Shown: positions 21,083-31,749 of the stretch, piece by piece | How positions within the stretch are numbered: the first letter of the stretch is position 1 | How the letters are laid out: every line of letters starts with the position of its first letter | Assembly (NCBI GenBank): GCA_965248925.1 | Contig: CBDFLE010000006.1 | Coordinates: 2,880,001-2,944,000, forward strand | DNA from: Candidatus Multivoradales bacterium | Lineage (GTDB): Bacteria; Acidobacteriota; Thermoanaerobaculia; Multivoradales; J023 | Reading direction: 5' to 3' | DNA length: 64,000 nucleotides | Notes under the pieces: model-generated | Told to the model about the DNA's origin: nothing | The model's database searches: none | What the model saw: only the letters and a program-made list of their open reading frames with translations | Translations under genes and position numbers: made by a program

Positions 21083-22816
21083 ATGCCCCTTTTTTCGACT
21101 TCTGAAAGCGATTTCGCCGTCGCGCCGTGGTATTTGCGACCGACTTGGTGGCTCGTGCTGGTGGCGCTGAGTATTCCTCTGCTCGGCATCTTGGTCCCTG
21201 GCCTGGCGCCGCATGGGTTCCTGGTGCGGGTCGATCTGATGCTGTTGCTGGCGCTGCTGGGGGCCTTGGCGGCCCAGCACCAGCCGCTGGGCGGCAGTGG
21301 TTTAGGCCTAGGCACTTTGGTGCTGGCACCGGCCATACACTTGCTCGGCGGTGCCCCGGCGGCTTTGGTGGCGGCGGCAGTGTTGATTCTGGCCGCTACT
21401 CTGCGGCAGGTGGCGATCGAGAGATTAACCCCGGAATTGAGCGACGAGCGCCGCTTTGGGCGCACCCTAGAGAACGCTACTTTGGTCGCTGTGTCGTGCC
21501 TGTTGGCGGCCATCGCCGGGCTCGACCGACCCTTGCTGGCAATTTGGCTCTATCTGCTCACCTATGCTCTGCTCGAGCTACTGTTGGCCCGTCTGCGGCG
21601 ATCCTTCGGCTGGCACCAGATGGTGGCCACCGCGCGGCCGCTGACCCTCGATGCGATTGGCTGGCTGATCGGTTTGGCCCTGGCCTCCACCGCACCGTCC
21701 TGGGGCCGCACCTGGTTGCTGCTCGCTCTGTTCTCGCTGCTCGCCGCCGAGGCTGCCCGCCATGCTCTGTTTCGCAGTGCCGGCGACCGCCGGGTTAGCG
21801 AGCTGCGCCATATCGAGGGCGCTCGGGCGCGGATCCTCGGTGAGGAGGCCGGACTTGGAGGCATTGCCCAGCAGGTGTTGGTGGAGTGCCGCAATATCTT
21901 GCCGGTGGAGTGGTTCGAACTCGAGTTGTTGGGCGAGACAGCGGCGGTGGTGGGCGAGGATCCAGCCGCCGTTCGCTGGTCGGCGGGGCCCGAAGGGGCA
22001 TTGCAGACCGGCCCGCCAGCGCCCCCTGAGCTACCGCCTTCCCTACCCGGCATCCATCGCCGTCTTGGCTGGCGGGTGATCAAGCAGCGGCTCGAGGCCG
22101 AAGGCCGAGCCCTGGCGGTGGTGCGCTTGTGGTGCGATCCGCGGTGTATCGAAGCGGGGGCGGAGGAGCTGCTCGGTTCGTTGGTGCCGCAGATGGCGAG
22201 TTCCCTGGATCGCGCCCGGCTAGACCGTGAAGCCCGTTTCGACGTGCTTACCGGAGTCCCGGTGCGGCGGGTGTTGGAAGCTCGTTTGCAGCAGATCTAT
22301 CGCCAGATCTGTGATCGGGGTCGATCGATGGCAGTGGTGATGTGCGATGTCGACCATTTCAAACGGGTTAACGACACCTACGGCCACGCAGCTGGCGACG
22401 CCGCTCTGCGCCAGGTGGCCGAGGCCTTGTCGGCTGGGCTCGAGGATGGCCAACTAGTGTGTCGTTATGGTGGCGAGGAGTTCACAGTGCTAGCGGAGAA
22501 CACCGAGGGAGTGGCGGCTTTGGCGCTGGCCGATCGTTTGCGGGCTGCGGTCGAGGGGATTGAGTTGGAGTGGGAGGGCCAGCGCATTGAAATACGGATG
22601 AGTTGCGGTGTAGCTGCTTTTCCCGAACTCTATGCGCGCACCGCGGGAGAGCTGGTTCTGCTGGCCGACGAGGCTCTCTATCGAGCCAAAGCGTTGGGTC
22701 GCAACATGGTGATCTTGAATAAAGGGCGGGGTCGCTTTCGAGACGCCTGGGGGCGAGAGATCCAGGACGACCAGGCGACTCTGGCCCCGGTCGAACCACC
22801 GCGCATGTTTAGCTGA
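21083..22816 (+). CDS. Membrane-bound diguanylate cyclase (GGDEF)
   Basis: N-terminal TMs; DVDHFKRVNDTYGHAAGD, RYGGEEF, ADEALYRAK. Confidence 0.93.
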   Translation: MPLFSTSESDFAVAPWYLRPTWWLVLVALSIPLLGILVPGLAPHGFLVRVDLMLLLALLGALAAQHQPLGGSGLGLGTLVLAPAIHLLGGAPAALVAAAVLILAATLRQVAIERLTPELSDERRFGRTLENATLVAVSCLLAAIAGLDRPLLAIWLYLLTYALLELLLARLRRSFGWHQMVATARPLTLDAIGWLIGLALASTAPSWGRTWLLLALFSLLAAEAARHALFRSAGDRRVSELRHIEGARARILGEEAGLGGIAQQVLVECRNILPVEWFELELLGETAAVVGEDPAAVRWSAGPEGALQTGPPAPPELPPSLPGIHRRLGWRVIKQRLEAEGRALAVVRLWCDPRCIEAGAEELLGSLVPQMASSLDRARLDREARFDVLTGVPVRRVLEARLQQIYRQICDRGRSMAVVMCDVDHFKRVNDTYGHAAGDAALRQVAEALSAGLEDGQLVCRYGGEEFTVLAENTEGVAALALADRLRAAVEGIELEWEGQRIEIRMSCGVAAFPELYARTAGELVLLADEALYRAKALGRNMVILNKGRGRFRDAWGREIQDDQATLAPVEPPRMFS

Positions 22817-22837
22817 TCCGACGAGTTCCGTACTAAC

Positions 22838-24289
22838 TTAGCGGCGCCAGTAGGCGGCGGTGAACAGGGCCGCGATCGAATACAACTCCAGCCGGCCGAT
22901 CCACATCAGCAGGACCAACACCAGTTTCTGCCAATCGGCGAAGAAGGCGAAGTTGGCCGTAGGCCCGACCTGGCCCAATCCCGGGCCAATGTTGGCCAAG
23001 GCGGCGATCGTAGCGCTGGCGGCTACTTCCAGCTCGAGGTTGCCGACCGAGAGCAGGATGGTCCCCACTACCCAACAGGTGACGAAGAGAAAGAAGAAAC
23101 CGACGACGCTGCGGACCACCGTATCAGGTACCGGCGAGCCGCCGACCAAGACGCGGATGACCGAATTCGGGCTGAAGCTCAACCGCACTTCGCGCACCGC
23201 CGCCTTGAAGGAAATCACGAAGCGCATGATCTTCATGCCGCCAGCGGTCGAGCCGGCGCAGGCGCCGACGAACATCAGGGCGACGATCAACAGGCGCGAA
23301 AAATTCGGCCAGAGATCGAAGTCGGCGGTGCTGAAGCCGCTGGTGGTGACGATCGAGACCACCTGGAAAATCGAGTCGAGAAGAGCCCGTGGTAGCGAGT
23401 CGTAGGCAGGGCTGCTGAGCAGGTTGAAGGTCATCAAAACACTGGCGCCAAGCAGTAGGCCGAGGTAGATCCGGAGTTCGGAGTCGCGCAATAGGTGCAG
23501 CAGCCCGTGACGCGCCCGGAGTCCGTAGTAGAGGGAGAAATTGACCCCCGCCAGTACCATGAAGACTATGATCACCAGCTCGACAGCCGGCGAATCAAAG
23601 GCACCCACCGAGGCGCCACGAGGGGAGAATCCGCCGGTCGAGAGGGTCGAGAAAGTGTGGGTCAGGGCGTCGTAGAGGTCCATGCCGACGGCCATCAGAA
23701 AGGCGGTCTGGAGAGCGGTCAGGACCAGGTAGATCTTCCACAAGACGGCGGCGGTATCGTGGACCCGAGGATGCAGCGTTTCGGCGGTGGGGCCGGGAAC
23801 TTCGAGTTTGTAGAGGAAGCGTGCGCCTGGCCCGAGTTCCGGCAGCAAGGCGACGAACAGGACGATGATTCCCATGCCTCCCAGCCACTGACTGAAACTG
23901 CGCCAGAAGAGAATGCCACGGCCGTGATCTTCGATCGTGGTCATGATCGACGCGCCGGTGGTGGTGAATCCCGAGGCAGACTCGAAAAGCGCATCCACCG
24001 GGTTACTGAGGGTGCCGGTGAGCAAATAGGGCAAAGCGCCAAAGAGCGAAGCCAGCAGCCAGCCGCCGACCACGATCAACACCCCTTCGCGGCGGTAGAG
24101 GTCGCGCGCATCGCCGCCATAGAGCCCCAACGCCACCCCGCTCAGGCCGGTCAGGCCGGCGGTCAGTACGAAGGCCAGGGCGGCCTGGCTCTCACCGTAG
24201 ATCAAGCAGCACAGGGCGGGTAACAACTCGGCCACGGCGAGCACCAGCAGCAGGCGTGCCAGCACCCGGCACACGGGACGCAGCTTCAC
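22838..24289 (-). CDS. trkH: Trk potassium uptake membrane protein TrkH
   Basis: FESASGFTTTGAS, STGGFS, GSTAGG, GRLE motifs. Confidence 0.96.
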   Translation of the reverse strand: MKLRPVCRVLARLLLVLAVAELLPALCCLIYGESQAALAFVLTAGLTGLSGVALGLYGGDARDLYRREGVLIVVGGWLLASLFGALPYLLTGTLSNPVDALFESASGFTTTGASIMTTIEDHGRGILFWRSFSQWLGGMGIIVLFVALLPELGPGARFLYKLEVPGPTAETLHPRVHDTAAVLWKIYLVLTALQTAFLMAVGMDLYDALTHTFSTLSTGGFSPRGASVGAFDSPAVELVIIVFMVLAGVNFSLYYGLRARHGLLHLLRDSELRIYLGLLLGASVLMTFNLLSSPAYDSLPRALLDSIFQVVSIVTTSGFSTADFDLWPNFSRLLIVALMFVGACAGSTAGGMKIMRFVISFKAAVREVRLSFSPNSVIRVLVGGSPVPDTVVRSVVGFFFLFVTCWVVGTILLSVGNLELEVAASATIAALANIGPGLGQVGPTANFAFFADWQKLVLVLLMWIGRLELYSIAALFTAAYWRR

Positions 24290-24332
24290 CGGGCGAGGCT
24301 CCCCGCGCGGCTCGCCAGCCAGCCGGTCATGC

Positions 24333-25703
24333 TCACCTTCGGTGTCCCGGGAAAAGTAAATTGACGGTGGCTAGTTCTTCGTCCTGGACGAACAGGATTA
24401 CCGTATCGCCGACCTCGAGCCGATCTCTGCCTCGGGGCACGAAGACCTTCTCGCCGCGGACCTTGTCGTCGCGGACGACGGCGCCAACAATGACTCCGCG
24501 GGGTGGGCTCATTTCGGCGAGGGTGACTCCGGCGGCCGGGCTGGCCGGCTCCAGCCGGCGCTCGATGACCTGCGCCTGGCCCTGCTGCAGAGAGACGATG
24601 TTGGAGCTGAAACCGCTGTCGATGTAGTCCTGGATCCGGCGGTGGGCGAGGGTTCTCGGAGAGACCACCCGGAGCAAGCCGAGCTTGCGCCACAGATGGG
24701 ATGTTTCGGTGCGATCAACCAGGGCGACGACCTGCGACACGGCGAGTTCTTGGGCCAACAGACTGGCCATCAGGTTGGCTTCGTCACTGCCGGTCAGGGC
24801 GACGAATACGGCCGCGTCGTCGACCCTTTCGGCCCGTAGCAGCGACATGTCGGTAGCGTCGCCGTGGAGGATCTCGAATTTCGGTAGCAATGCCGCCAGC
24901 TGCTTGGCGCGGGCTCGATCCCGCTCGATTATTCTCACTTGATCAGCCTTGCCGGCCAGGGCGCGAGCAACGGTCAGGCTGGTGCCGCTACCGCCAGCGA
25001 TGACGATCGTACCGAGGCTCGGCGGCCGCGCGCTGACCAGCTGCTCGACTTGGTCGATGACCTCGCTCTTCGACAAGATCAACGCCCGGTCGCCAGCTTC
25101 GGCGCGGTCGTTGCCCGAGGGCACGATCAGCTGTCCGCCACGCTGGAAAGCCACCACCAGGCTGCCTCGCGGGAGACGGACATCACGCAGCGGCTGGCGG
25201 GTCAGCAGCGATCCGGCGTCAATCTGGATCTTGCGCAGCTGCACCTTACCCTGGGCGAGGTACTCCACTGCCAGAGTGTTGTGGCCCAGGATGTGGTTCA
25301 GGATCTGGGTGGTGGCGAGCAGTTGGGTCGACAGCATCAGATCGATGCCGAAGACATCTTCGTAGATTCGCCGGTGAATAGTGACTTCTTCGGCGATCCC
25401 CACTCGCACGGCGGTGCGTTGGGCACCCAGATGCCGAGCCAACAGCGAGGCGGCGAGGTTGGCCTCGTCATTAGACGACACGGCTAGGAATAGATCGGCC
25501 CGGCTTACCTCGGCGGCTTGCAGCACTGGTACGTGGGAACCACTGCCGAGGACAAAGCCTACATCTAGCTTTTCCTCGATACGCTGCCGTTTGCTCGGAT
25601 CGATCTCGACCACCACCACGCTGTGTCCGGCGAGGGAAAGGGACTGGGCGAGGTGGAATCCCACTTCCCCTGCTCCCATGACGACGAATCGGTTGCTCTT
25701 CAT
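24333..25703 (-). CDS. trkA: Trk potassium uptake protein TrkA
   Basis: Two RCK_N/RCK_C pairs, GAGEVG; adjacent to trkH. Confidence 0.95.
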   Translation of the reverse strand: MKSNRFVVMGAGEVGFHLAQSLSLAGHSVVVVEIDPSKRQRIEEKLDVGFVLGSGSHVPVLQAAEVSRADLFLAVSSNDEANLAASLLARHLGAQRTAVRVGIAEEVTIHRRIYEDVFGIDLMLSTQLLATTQILNHILGHNTLAVEYLAQGKVQLRKIQIDAGSLLTRQPLRDVRLPRGSLVVAFQRGGQLIVPSGNDRAEAGDRALILSKSEVIDQVEQLVSARPPSLGTIVIAGGSGTSLTVARALAGKADQVRIIERDRARAKQLAALLPKFEILHGDATDMSLLRAERVDDAAVFVALTGSDEANLMASLLAQELAVSQVVALVDRTETSHLWRKLGLLRVVSPRTLAHRRIQDYIDSGFSSNIVSLQQGQAQVIERRLEPASPAAGVTLAEMSPPRGVIVGAVVRDDKVRGEKVFVPRGRDRLEVGDTVILFVQDEELATVNLLFPGHRR

Positions 25704-26079
25704 ACGTCGATCGACCTTGGCTGTTGCGGCTAGAACTCTGCGCTACGCAGGCATTGAGATCTGCATCTTCAAGAAGCCTTCCCGGTCGCAGCGCGGCGAT
25801 CATCATAGGACAGGAAGTCGACTCTGGAAAGTCGGCTCGCCGCAGTGCGGCTTGCGAGGAATTCGATCGGCGCATCATAATTCGGCGATTACTGATAACC
25901 ATCGGTTCCATTGACCATCGTCTGGCTCTCTGAAATCAGCAAGCTGGCGGGTTGAGCGAAACCGCAAAACCGCGGTACTACGAACCTACGTTACTGCGAC
26001 AACAAAGTCGGCGCTGGCGGCGCCACCGGGCAAAGTTTGCCGGACTGGATGGTTCGGCGAAGCTCCGAGGAGGTTTTCG

Positions 26080-28470
26080 ATGCGAGGCTACCGGGTTCTA
26101 TGTCTGCTGATCTTGGCGTTCTTGATGACGGTTCCAGTGTGGGCCCAGAGTGGCGAGATCGAAGGTGCCATCACCCGTGAAGATGGTTCCGGGATTGGTG
26201 GTGTAACGGTCGTGGTGTCCGAACTGGGCGCCGTGGAGATCACTAGCAAGAGTGGTACCTTCCGCTTCAGCGGGGTACCGTCGGGCACCTACACGTTGAG
26301 CTTCTCCCTCGGTGACCACGCCGATAGCGAAAGTGGAGTCGAGGTCGCCGCTGGTGATACCACCGCAGTGACCAAGAAGGTCGACTGGGATGTCAGCTTC
26401 GCCGAGACCATCACGGTCTACTCGGCCTCGCGGCGCCAGGAGCGCATTGTCGATGCGCCGGCCTCGATCAGCGTTTTCGATGAAGAGGACATCGAGCGGC
26501 AGGCGGCCACCGGCCAGATCGCCAAAGTGGTCGAGTTCGCGCCTGGGGTCGAGGTCAACCAGAGCGGCATCTTCGACATCAACCTGAACGCCCGTGGTTT
26601 CAACAGCTCGCTCAATCGTCGAGTGCAGACCATCGTCGATGGTCGCGAGCCGTCGGTGCCTTTCCTCGGCTCCACCGAGTGGGGTTTCTTGTCCAACCTG
26701 CAAGACATGGCGGTGGTCGAGTTGGTGCGTGGACCCTCTTCGGCGCTCTATGGCGCCAATGCTTTCAATGGGGTGCTCAACCTGATCACCAAGGCGCCAC
26801 GGGACCACCAGGGTGGTCGGATCGGTCTGACCGCGGGCGAGCTCAGCACCCTCAAGGCCGACTTCCTGTGGGCCGGCGAGCTGGGTAGCGATTGGTACGT
26901 CAAGGTCGGCGGTTCTTACAACGAAGGCAAGGACTTCTCTCGCTCGCGAGTTGGCGGTACCGAGTACGCGGGCTTGCCGACCGAGGTCGATAACCCCAAT
27001 CCCGACTACGACAGCACCCACCTCAACCTGCGGTTAGACAAGTACTTCGGCGCCAACTTGTTCACCATCGAAGGCGGCATCTACGACGCCTTCGGTAACA
27101 CGGTGGTCACCGGTATCGGCCGGGTCAACATTCAGGACGTCGAGCGCACTTGGGCGCGGGTGAACCTGTCGGGCGAGCACTACAACCTGCTGGCCTACTC
27201 CAACACCCGCGAAACCCCAGATCAGCACGCCCTGGCCTCGGGCGGACGGATTTTCCTCGATTCCGAGAACACCAAGGTCGAAGCTCAGACCAACTGGGAC
27301 TTCAACGACGGCAAGGTACGGCTGGTCGCGGGTGCTTCCTACAAGGAAGAGGAGATCGATACCGCCAATTCCGCGGGTTTCCAGACTTTGGTGTTCGCGC
27401 CGGTCAAAGAGGACTACACGGCCTTCTTTGCTCAGCTCGACTTCGACATCGGCGACAATCTCAAGCTGGTGCTCGCCGGTCGTTTTGACGACAGTTCGCT
27501 GCACGACTCTCAGGTGTCGCCCAAAGCGGCCTTGGTGTGGAGCATCAACCCGAAGAACACTCTGCGCTTCTCCTACAACGAGGCCTTCCAGGTGCCCAAC
27601 TACTCGGAGTTCTTCCTCGACGCACCGACCGCCATCCCCGGGGTTGGCTCGGCGTTGGATCTGTCGGGCATCGAAGCGGCGCTGTGTACTCCCTTCGGCA
27701 TCTCTTGCGGCTTTGGCTCCCCCACTCGGGTCAAGGCTCTCGGCAATGTCGATCTGGAAGTCGAAGAGGTCACTTCATTCGAACTTGGCTACAGCGCCAT
27801 TTTGGGCAATAAGGGCTATTTGACGATCGACTTCTACCAGAACGAGCTGGAGAACTTCATCACCGACCTGACCGCCAATGCCTTCGGTTCGATCAACCCG
27901 AGATTTGGCCCTTACACCCCACCCGCGGGTCACCCACTGCCGGATTTGCTCCGCGGGACGCTGGCCGGCGCCCTGGGCCCACTGATCGCCTTCCTGTCGA
28001 ACAACGTCGACGGCACGCCAATCTTCGCCTTGGCTTCCTACACCAACGCTGGCGCGGTCGACACCCAGGGAATCGACTTGGGTCTCAACTACTACATCAC
28101 TCCGCAGTGGCAGTTTGATTTCAGCTACTCCTGGTTCGACTTCGACATCAAAGAAGCAAGCGCCGGCTCGGACGTGCTGCTGCCCAACGCGGCCGAAAAT
28201 CGCTTCAGCTTAGGCTTCACCTACAGCGGTTCGCAGTGGGGCGGTTCAGCCAAATTCCGCTGGGTAGACGATTTCGACTGGGCCGCGGGTGCCTTTGCCG
28301 GGCCGGTGGAGTCCTACAGCGTGGTCAACCTCAGCGGCTACTACGACATCAACGAGAACATCACCGTCGGTGCCAACATCTCGAACGCCTTCGATGATGA
28401 GCACTACGAGTCCTTCGGTGGCGATCTGCTCAATCGTCGCGCCTTGGGCTACGTGACCTTCCGCTTCTAG
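26080..28470 (+). CDS. TonB-dependent receptor with N-terminal carboxypeptidase-regulatory-like domain
   Basis: Signal peptide, ETITV TonB box, ELVRGPSSALYGANAFNGVLN plug motif, terminal Phe. Confidence 0.95.
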   Translation: MRGYRVLCLLILAFLMTVPVWAQSGEIEGAITREDGSGIGGVTVVVSELGAVEITSKSGTFRFSGVPSGTYTLSFSLGDHADSESGVEVAAGDTTAVTKKVDWDVSFAETITVYSASRRQERIVDAPASISVFDEEDIERQAATGQIAKVVEFAPGVEVNQSGIFDINLNARGFNSSLNRRVQTIVDGREPSVPFLGSTEWGFLSNLQDMAVVELVRGPSSALYGANAFNGVLNLITKAPRDHQGGRIGLTAGELSTLKADFLWAGELGSDWYVKVGGSYNEGKDFSRSRVGGTEYAGLPTEVDNPNPDYDSTHLNLRLDKYFGANLFTIEGGIYDAFGNTVVTGIGRVNIQDVERTWARVNLSGEHYNLLAYSNTRETPDQHALASGGRIFLDSENTKVEAQTNWDFNDGKVRLVAGASYKEEEIDTANSAGFQTLVFAPVKEDYTAFFAQLDFDIGDNLKLVLAGRFDDSSLHDSQVSPKAALVWSINPKNTLRFSYNEAFQVPNYSEFFLDAPTAIPGVGSALDLSGIEAALCTPFGISCGFGSPTRVKALGNVDLEVEEVTSFELGYSAILGNKGYLTIDFYQNELENFITDLTANAFGSINPRFGPYTPPAGHPLPDLLRGTLAGALGPLIAFLSNNVDGTPIFALASYTNAGAVDTQGIDLGLNYYITPQWQFDFSYSWFDFDIKEASAGSDVLLPNAAENRFSLGFTYSGSQWGGSAKFRWVDDFDWAAGAFAGPVESYSVVNLSGYYDINENITVGANISNAFDDEHYESFGGDLLNRRALGYVTFRF

Positions 28471-28503
28471 GGCAAGAGCCAAGAGCGCAGCCCCGAGTCG
28501 GGG

Positions 28504-28542
28504 CGCAAAGAGCCCAATCGGCTAGCGGTTGGGCTCTTTGCG
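28504..28542 (+). terminator. Probable intrinsic terminator after the TonB-dependent receptor
   Basis: CGCAAAGAGCCCAATCG-GCTAG-CGGTTGGGCTCTTTGCG hairpin. Confidence 0.75.
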
Positions 28543-28715
28543 TGTGTATCGAGGTCGCAGGATCGGTGGTGGGGTGCGAATCAGGCAAGCCGGGTGCTAC
28601 AATCGTCGAAACTAAGATCTTCGCGAGTGCGTAGGGCGCCTCGGCAATCCCGCCATACCAGTTTGGTCGCCCCGCCAACGCGCTAAGCGATTTGTGTGTT
28701 GAAGGAGTCAGGACC

Positions 28716-29834
28716 ATGATTCGACAGATTTCACGGACATCCCTGTGGGTAGCCGTCTTGCTCTTACTGAGCACTCCGTTGCTAGCTGCCGCACCTGGGG
28801 GGCGTCTTTTCGAAGACGAAGGTGGCGCACCAGCGCTTTCCGAGCCGGTCTTGCCGAACAGCTTTAGCGGATTCGACACCACCACCTACACTGACGAGGC
28901 GACCTTCTTGGGCGCTGCTAACTGTACGGTGGTCAATCTGGAGAGCTTCGAGGGCGAACCCCCTACCAGCACCTCGGATCAGTCGTCGATCGCCCTGGCC
29001 GACTTCACTATCACCGAGATCGACTCGCCCAATATGGGTGTTTGGAACGTCCCGCAGTTTGGCGGCTCGGCCACCGATGGCACTCAGTGGGTAGGCTTCA
29101 GCTACTGCGACGATGGTTGCAATCCAGACATCAAGACCTTGAGCTTCTCCAGCCCGATCAACACCTTTGGCTTCAATATCTCTGACTACGGTGACTTCGG
29201 AAGCGGCAATTTAGAACTCGCCAACGATATTGGCGAAGTGTTCACTGCCGCCACTTCCGGCGGTCCTGACGGCAATCTGCTCTTCTTCGGCATGATCAAC
29301 AACGAGGCCACCTTCACCACCATCACCTTGAGCGCCACGATCAGTGGCGAGTTCTACGGCATCGACGAGGTCTATTACTGCTCGGCGCCGATGGATGCCG
29401 ACTTAGAGATCAGCAAGAGCGGCGTGGTAGCGGGCAACACGGTCACCTACACCGTGTCGGTGTTCAACAACGGTCCCAACGACGCCACCGGCGTCAGCGT
29501 CACCGACATGATTCCGGCCGAGTTGACTTACGTTAGCGACGATTGTGGGGGCATGAACACGCCACCGTGGACCTGGAACCTTGGCAACCTGGCTAACGGC
29601 GCTAGCGCCACCTGCGTCATCACCACCACGATCAACTCGGGAGTAGTCGGGCCGATCGTCAACACCGCCACGGTGAGTGGCGACCAGACCGACCCAGCGC
29701 CGGGCAACGAGTCCGACACCGCGACGGTGACTTCCGGCTCAGTGCTCGATATCCCGACTTTGGGAGGTCGCGGCCTGGCCGTCTTGCTATTAGTTCTGGC
29801 CGGGGCTGGGGCGCTACTGTTGCGCCGCCGCTGA
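28716..29834 (+). CDS. Secreted DUF11-domain protein with IPTL-CTERM sorting signal
   Basis: Signal peptide; ADLEISK...TYTVSVFNNGPNDATGVSVTD (DUF11); C-terminal IPTL + TM + RRR. Confidence 0.9.
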   Translation: MIRQISRTSLWVAVLLLLSTPLLAAAPGGRLFEDEGGAPALSEPVLPNSFSGFDTTTYTDEATFLGAANCTVVNLESFEGEPPTSTSDQSSIALADFTITEIDSPNMGVWNVPQFGGSATDGTQWVGFSYCDDGCNPDIKTLSFSSPINTFGFNISDYGDFGSGNLELANDIGEVFTAATSGGPDGNLLFFGMINNEATFTTITLSATISGEFYGIDEVYYCSAPMDADLEISKSGVVAGNTVTYTVSVFNNGPNDATGVSVTDMIPAELTYVSDDCGGMNTPPWTWNLGNLANGASATCVITTTINSGVVGPIVNTATVSGDQTDPAPGNESDTATVTSGSVLDIPTLGGRGLAVLLLVLAGAGALLLRRR

Positions 29835-29857
29835 TCCCCTCCGTCAGCTGCTAACGA

Positions 29858-29890
29858 AGGCCCTTCGGACCCTGTGTCGGAGGGCCTTTT
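29858..29890 (+). terminator. Hairpin terminator
   Basis: AGGCCCTTCGGAC...GTCGGAGGGCCT followed by TTT. Confidence 0.65.
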
Positions 29891-29967
29891 CGCATCGCCA
29901 GAAGTGGTGCTTCAGGCCGATTGACAGCCCCTGCCCCCTCGCTTACACTCTGCGCTCGCGTTTCCGA

Positions 29968-30044
29968 CGGGGCGTGGCGCAGTCTGGTAGCGCATCTGCT
30001 TTGGGAGCAGAGGGTCCCCAGTTCGAATCTGGGCGCCCCGACCA
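29968..30044 (+). tRNA. tRNA-Pro(TGG)
   Basis: CGGGGCG acceptor stem, TCTGC-TTTGGGA-GCAGA anticodon arm, GTTCGAATC, CCA end. Confidence 0.97.
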
Positions 30045-30102
30045 GGACTCCCTTCGGTGGAGCCCGAGGAAACGTGAAATGGCGAGGCTTTTGAAGACCC
30101 GG

Positions 30103-30179
30103 CTGCCTGTAGCTCAGTTGGATAGAGCGGCGGCCTTCTAAGCCGCGGGTCGGGGGTTCGAATCCCTCCAGGCAGGCCA
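30103..30179 (+). tRNA. tRNA-Arg(TCT)
   Basis: CTGCCTG/CAGGCAG stem, GCGGC-CTTCTAA-GCCGC arm, GTTCGAATC, CCA end. Confidence 0.97.
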
Positions 30180-30234
30180 ACCTCGACCCTCATGCGACAC
30201 GCTCAGGCGTGGCCACCTCGCCCGACAAGTCTTA

Positions 30235-30311
30235 GCGCCCGTAGCTCAGCTGGATAGAGCGACGGCCTCCGGAGCCGTAGGTCACAGGTTCGAATCCTGT
30301 CGGGCGCACCA
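30235..30311 (+). tRNA. tRNA-Arg(CCG); probable integration site
   Basis: GCGCCCG/CGGGCGC stem, ACGGC-CTCCGGA-GCCGT arm, CCA end; accessory DNA begins immediately after. Confidence 0.97.
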
Positions 30312-30321
30312 CTCCTTCCAC

Positions 30322-30540
30322 CTTTAGATTCAACAGTTTAAGACCGCTTTTGCCCCTCCGCCGAAGCGGATGGATAGGCCCTGTTTTGCCCGTTGTACCC
30401 ACCTGAAATGGGCCAAAGTGGGCACGAAGGGGCACTTCTGAAGGGGCGTACTAAGGTCACTTTTGGCCACTAAGTGCGCGTCTCCTCTGCCTTTGCTTGC
30501 CTGCTGGTGCCCTTGGAGGCCCTTCGGAGCCCTTCACTCC
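30322..30540. other. att-proximal region with IHF-like site and short arm-type repeats
   Basis: ATTCAACAGTTTA (one mismatch to WATCAANNNNTTR); GGGCAC/GGTCAC/GGCCAC and GCCCTT repeats. Confidence 0.45.
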
Positions 30541-30647
30541 TTTCGAGCCCAGATCGGCTGCGCTAGAATTCAAGCGTACTCGTAGCAGCAGTTCGGTGAG
30601 TTGAATGCGCTCTTGACGCTTGCGAGGGTGTCGACACGGAGGGTTCT

Positions 30648-31304
30648 ATGCCTGTTTTGCCGATTAGCGATGGCCAAGGGTCTCTGGTGCGCAACCCTAT
30701 TTCGATTCTTCGCTCGGTGATGCGGGACCCAAACCCCGACATCAATCACACGCGGGTGGCAGCGCAGGAATTCGCGCTGTATGTGGCCGACACGATGCCA
30801 AAGGTCGAACTGCGTCTTGATGCGGGCTTGTTGGCCGGAATTCAGTCCGTAGAGCTGCCTGGCGATTCTCCGGCACCGCGGCCGGCTGCCACAGCCTCTC
30901 TGATCCTGTACTTCAATCTATGTTGCGCAAGACACCACCCCGAGCATATTGGGCTCGAGAAGCCGGGGTTTCTCCTGCCAAGCAGTCGCTCAACGGTAAG
31001 GCGGGCATGGAGGGAGTATTCCTCCGTAGCCCATCTCTGGTTTGCTACCGCCTTCAGGCCGCCGAAGCCGGACGAGGAGTTGCGGGCCTACCTCTGGGAG
31101 TTCTTGGGCTTGGCAGAGACGTTGCGTCGCCGCGCCGAGTCCATTTTCCCGCATGGTCAGACGAAGCCGTTGCTCGACCCTGAGCACAGCTGGAAGTGCC
31201 CAGAAGACTTCGACCTTCCAGAGGTCGAAATCGAGCTGCCGCCCCTGAGCTTCGAGATCCTGAAAAAGCTGATCGACGAGTACAAGTCTCACAAGACCGC
31301 CTAG
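30648..31304 (+). CDS. Hypothetical protein (218 aa), possible DNA-binding regulator
   Basis: GGAGG RBS; SRSTVRRAWREYSSVAHLW recognition-helix-like segment; directly followed by a repeat array. Confidence 0.7.
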   Translation: MPVLPISDGQGSLVRNPISILRSVMRDPNPDINHTRVAAQEFALYVADTMPKVELRLDAGLLAGIQSVELPGDSPAPRPAATASLILYFNLCCARHHPEHIGLEKPGFLLPSSRSTVRRAWREYSSVAHLWFATAFRPPKPDEELRAYLWEFLGLAETLRRRAESIFPHGQTKPLLDPEHSWKCPEDFDLPEVEIELPPLSFEILKKLIDEYKSHKTA

Positions 31305-31327
31305 CAGAGATCCGTCCCAAGCGCCAC

Positions 31328-31382
31328 CCGTCCAAAGCGTTTGGACGGGTCCATCTGCGTTGGACGGGTCCACAGCGTTTGG
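31328..31382 (+). repeat. 19-bp tandem repeat array, left part
   Basis: Units of GCGTTTGGACGGGTCCACA preceded by the inverted half CCGTCCAAA; cut by the IS21 element. Confidence 0.9.
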
Positions 31383-31407
31383 TGTTAGCGGCTGAGCAAG
31401 AACGTAT

Positions 31408-31749
31408 CTATTCGGTGTAATCCGAGCCGGTGTGCAGCCCCTGCTCGCGCCGAGCGGTGCTTTGGAGATACTTGAGATACCCCTCGATGTCTTCAAGGCC
31501 ATCGAGTTCTCGAATCACCGGCGCAAAGTAGGCGAGGGATCGGATCTTGGCTAGCTTGGGTGCCTCTGGAGATCGCTGGATTCGTCGACCGGCTGCGAGG
31601 AGAATGGCTGCTCTGATCTGATCGATGGAGACTTGCTGCTGGTAGAGATCAAGAGCGAGTACGCGGTCAGTGGGTCTTGCCTGAGCAGGGGTCTCCTGCT
31701 GCTCAAGGTAAGCTCTGAGAATCGCCTGGACGTAGTCGCACTTGCTCAT
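31408..31749 (-). CDS. IS21-associated hypothetical protein (113 aa)
   Basis: ATGA-coupled to istB; stop lies within the terminal IR; YVQAILRAY...IRSLAYFAPVIREL. Confidence 0.75.
   Translation of the reverse strand: MSKCDYVQAILRAYLEQQETPAQARPTDRVLALDLYQQQVSIDQIRAAILLAAGRRIQRSPEAPKLAKIRSLAYFAPVIRELDGLEDIEGYLKYLQSTARREQGLHTGSDYTE

Noticed and set aside
25704-26079. Cobalamin or other riboswitch upstream of the TonB-dependent receptor
   Set aside because: No B12-box or other recognisable riboswitch motif by eye.
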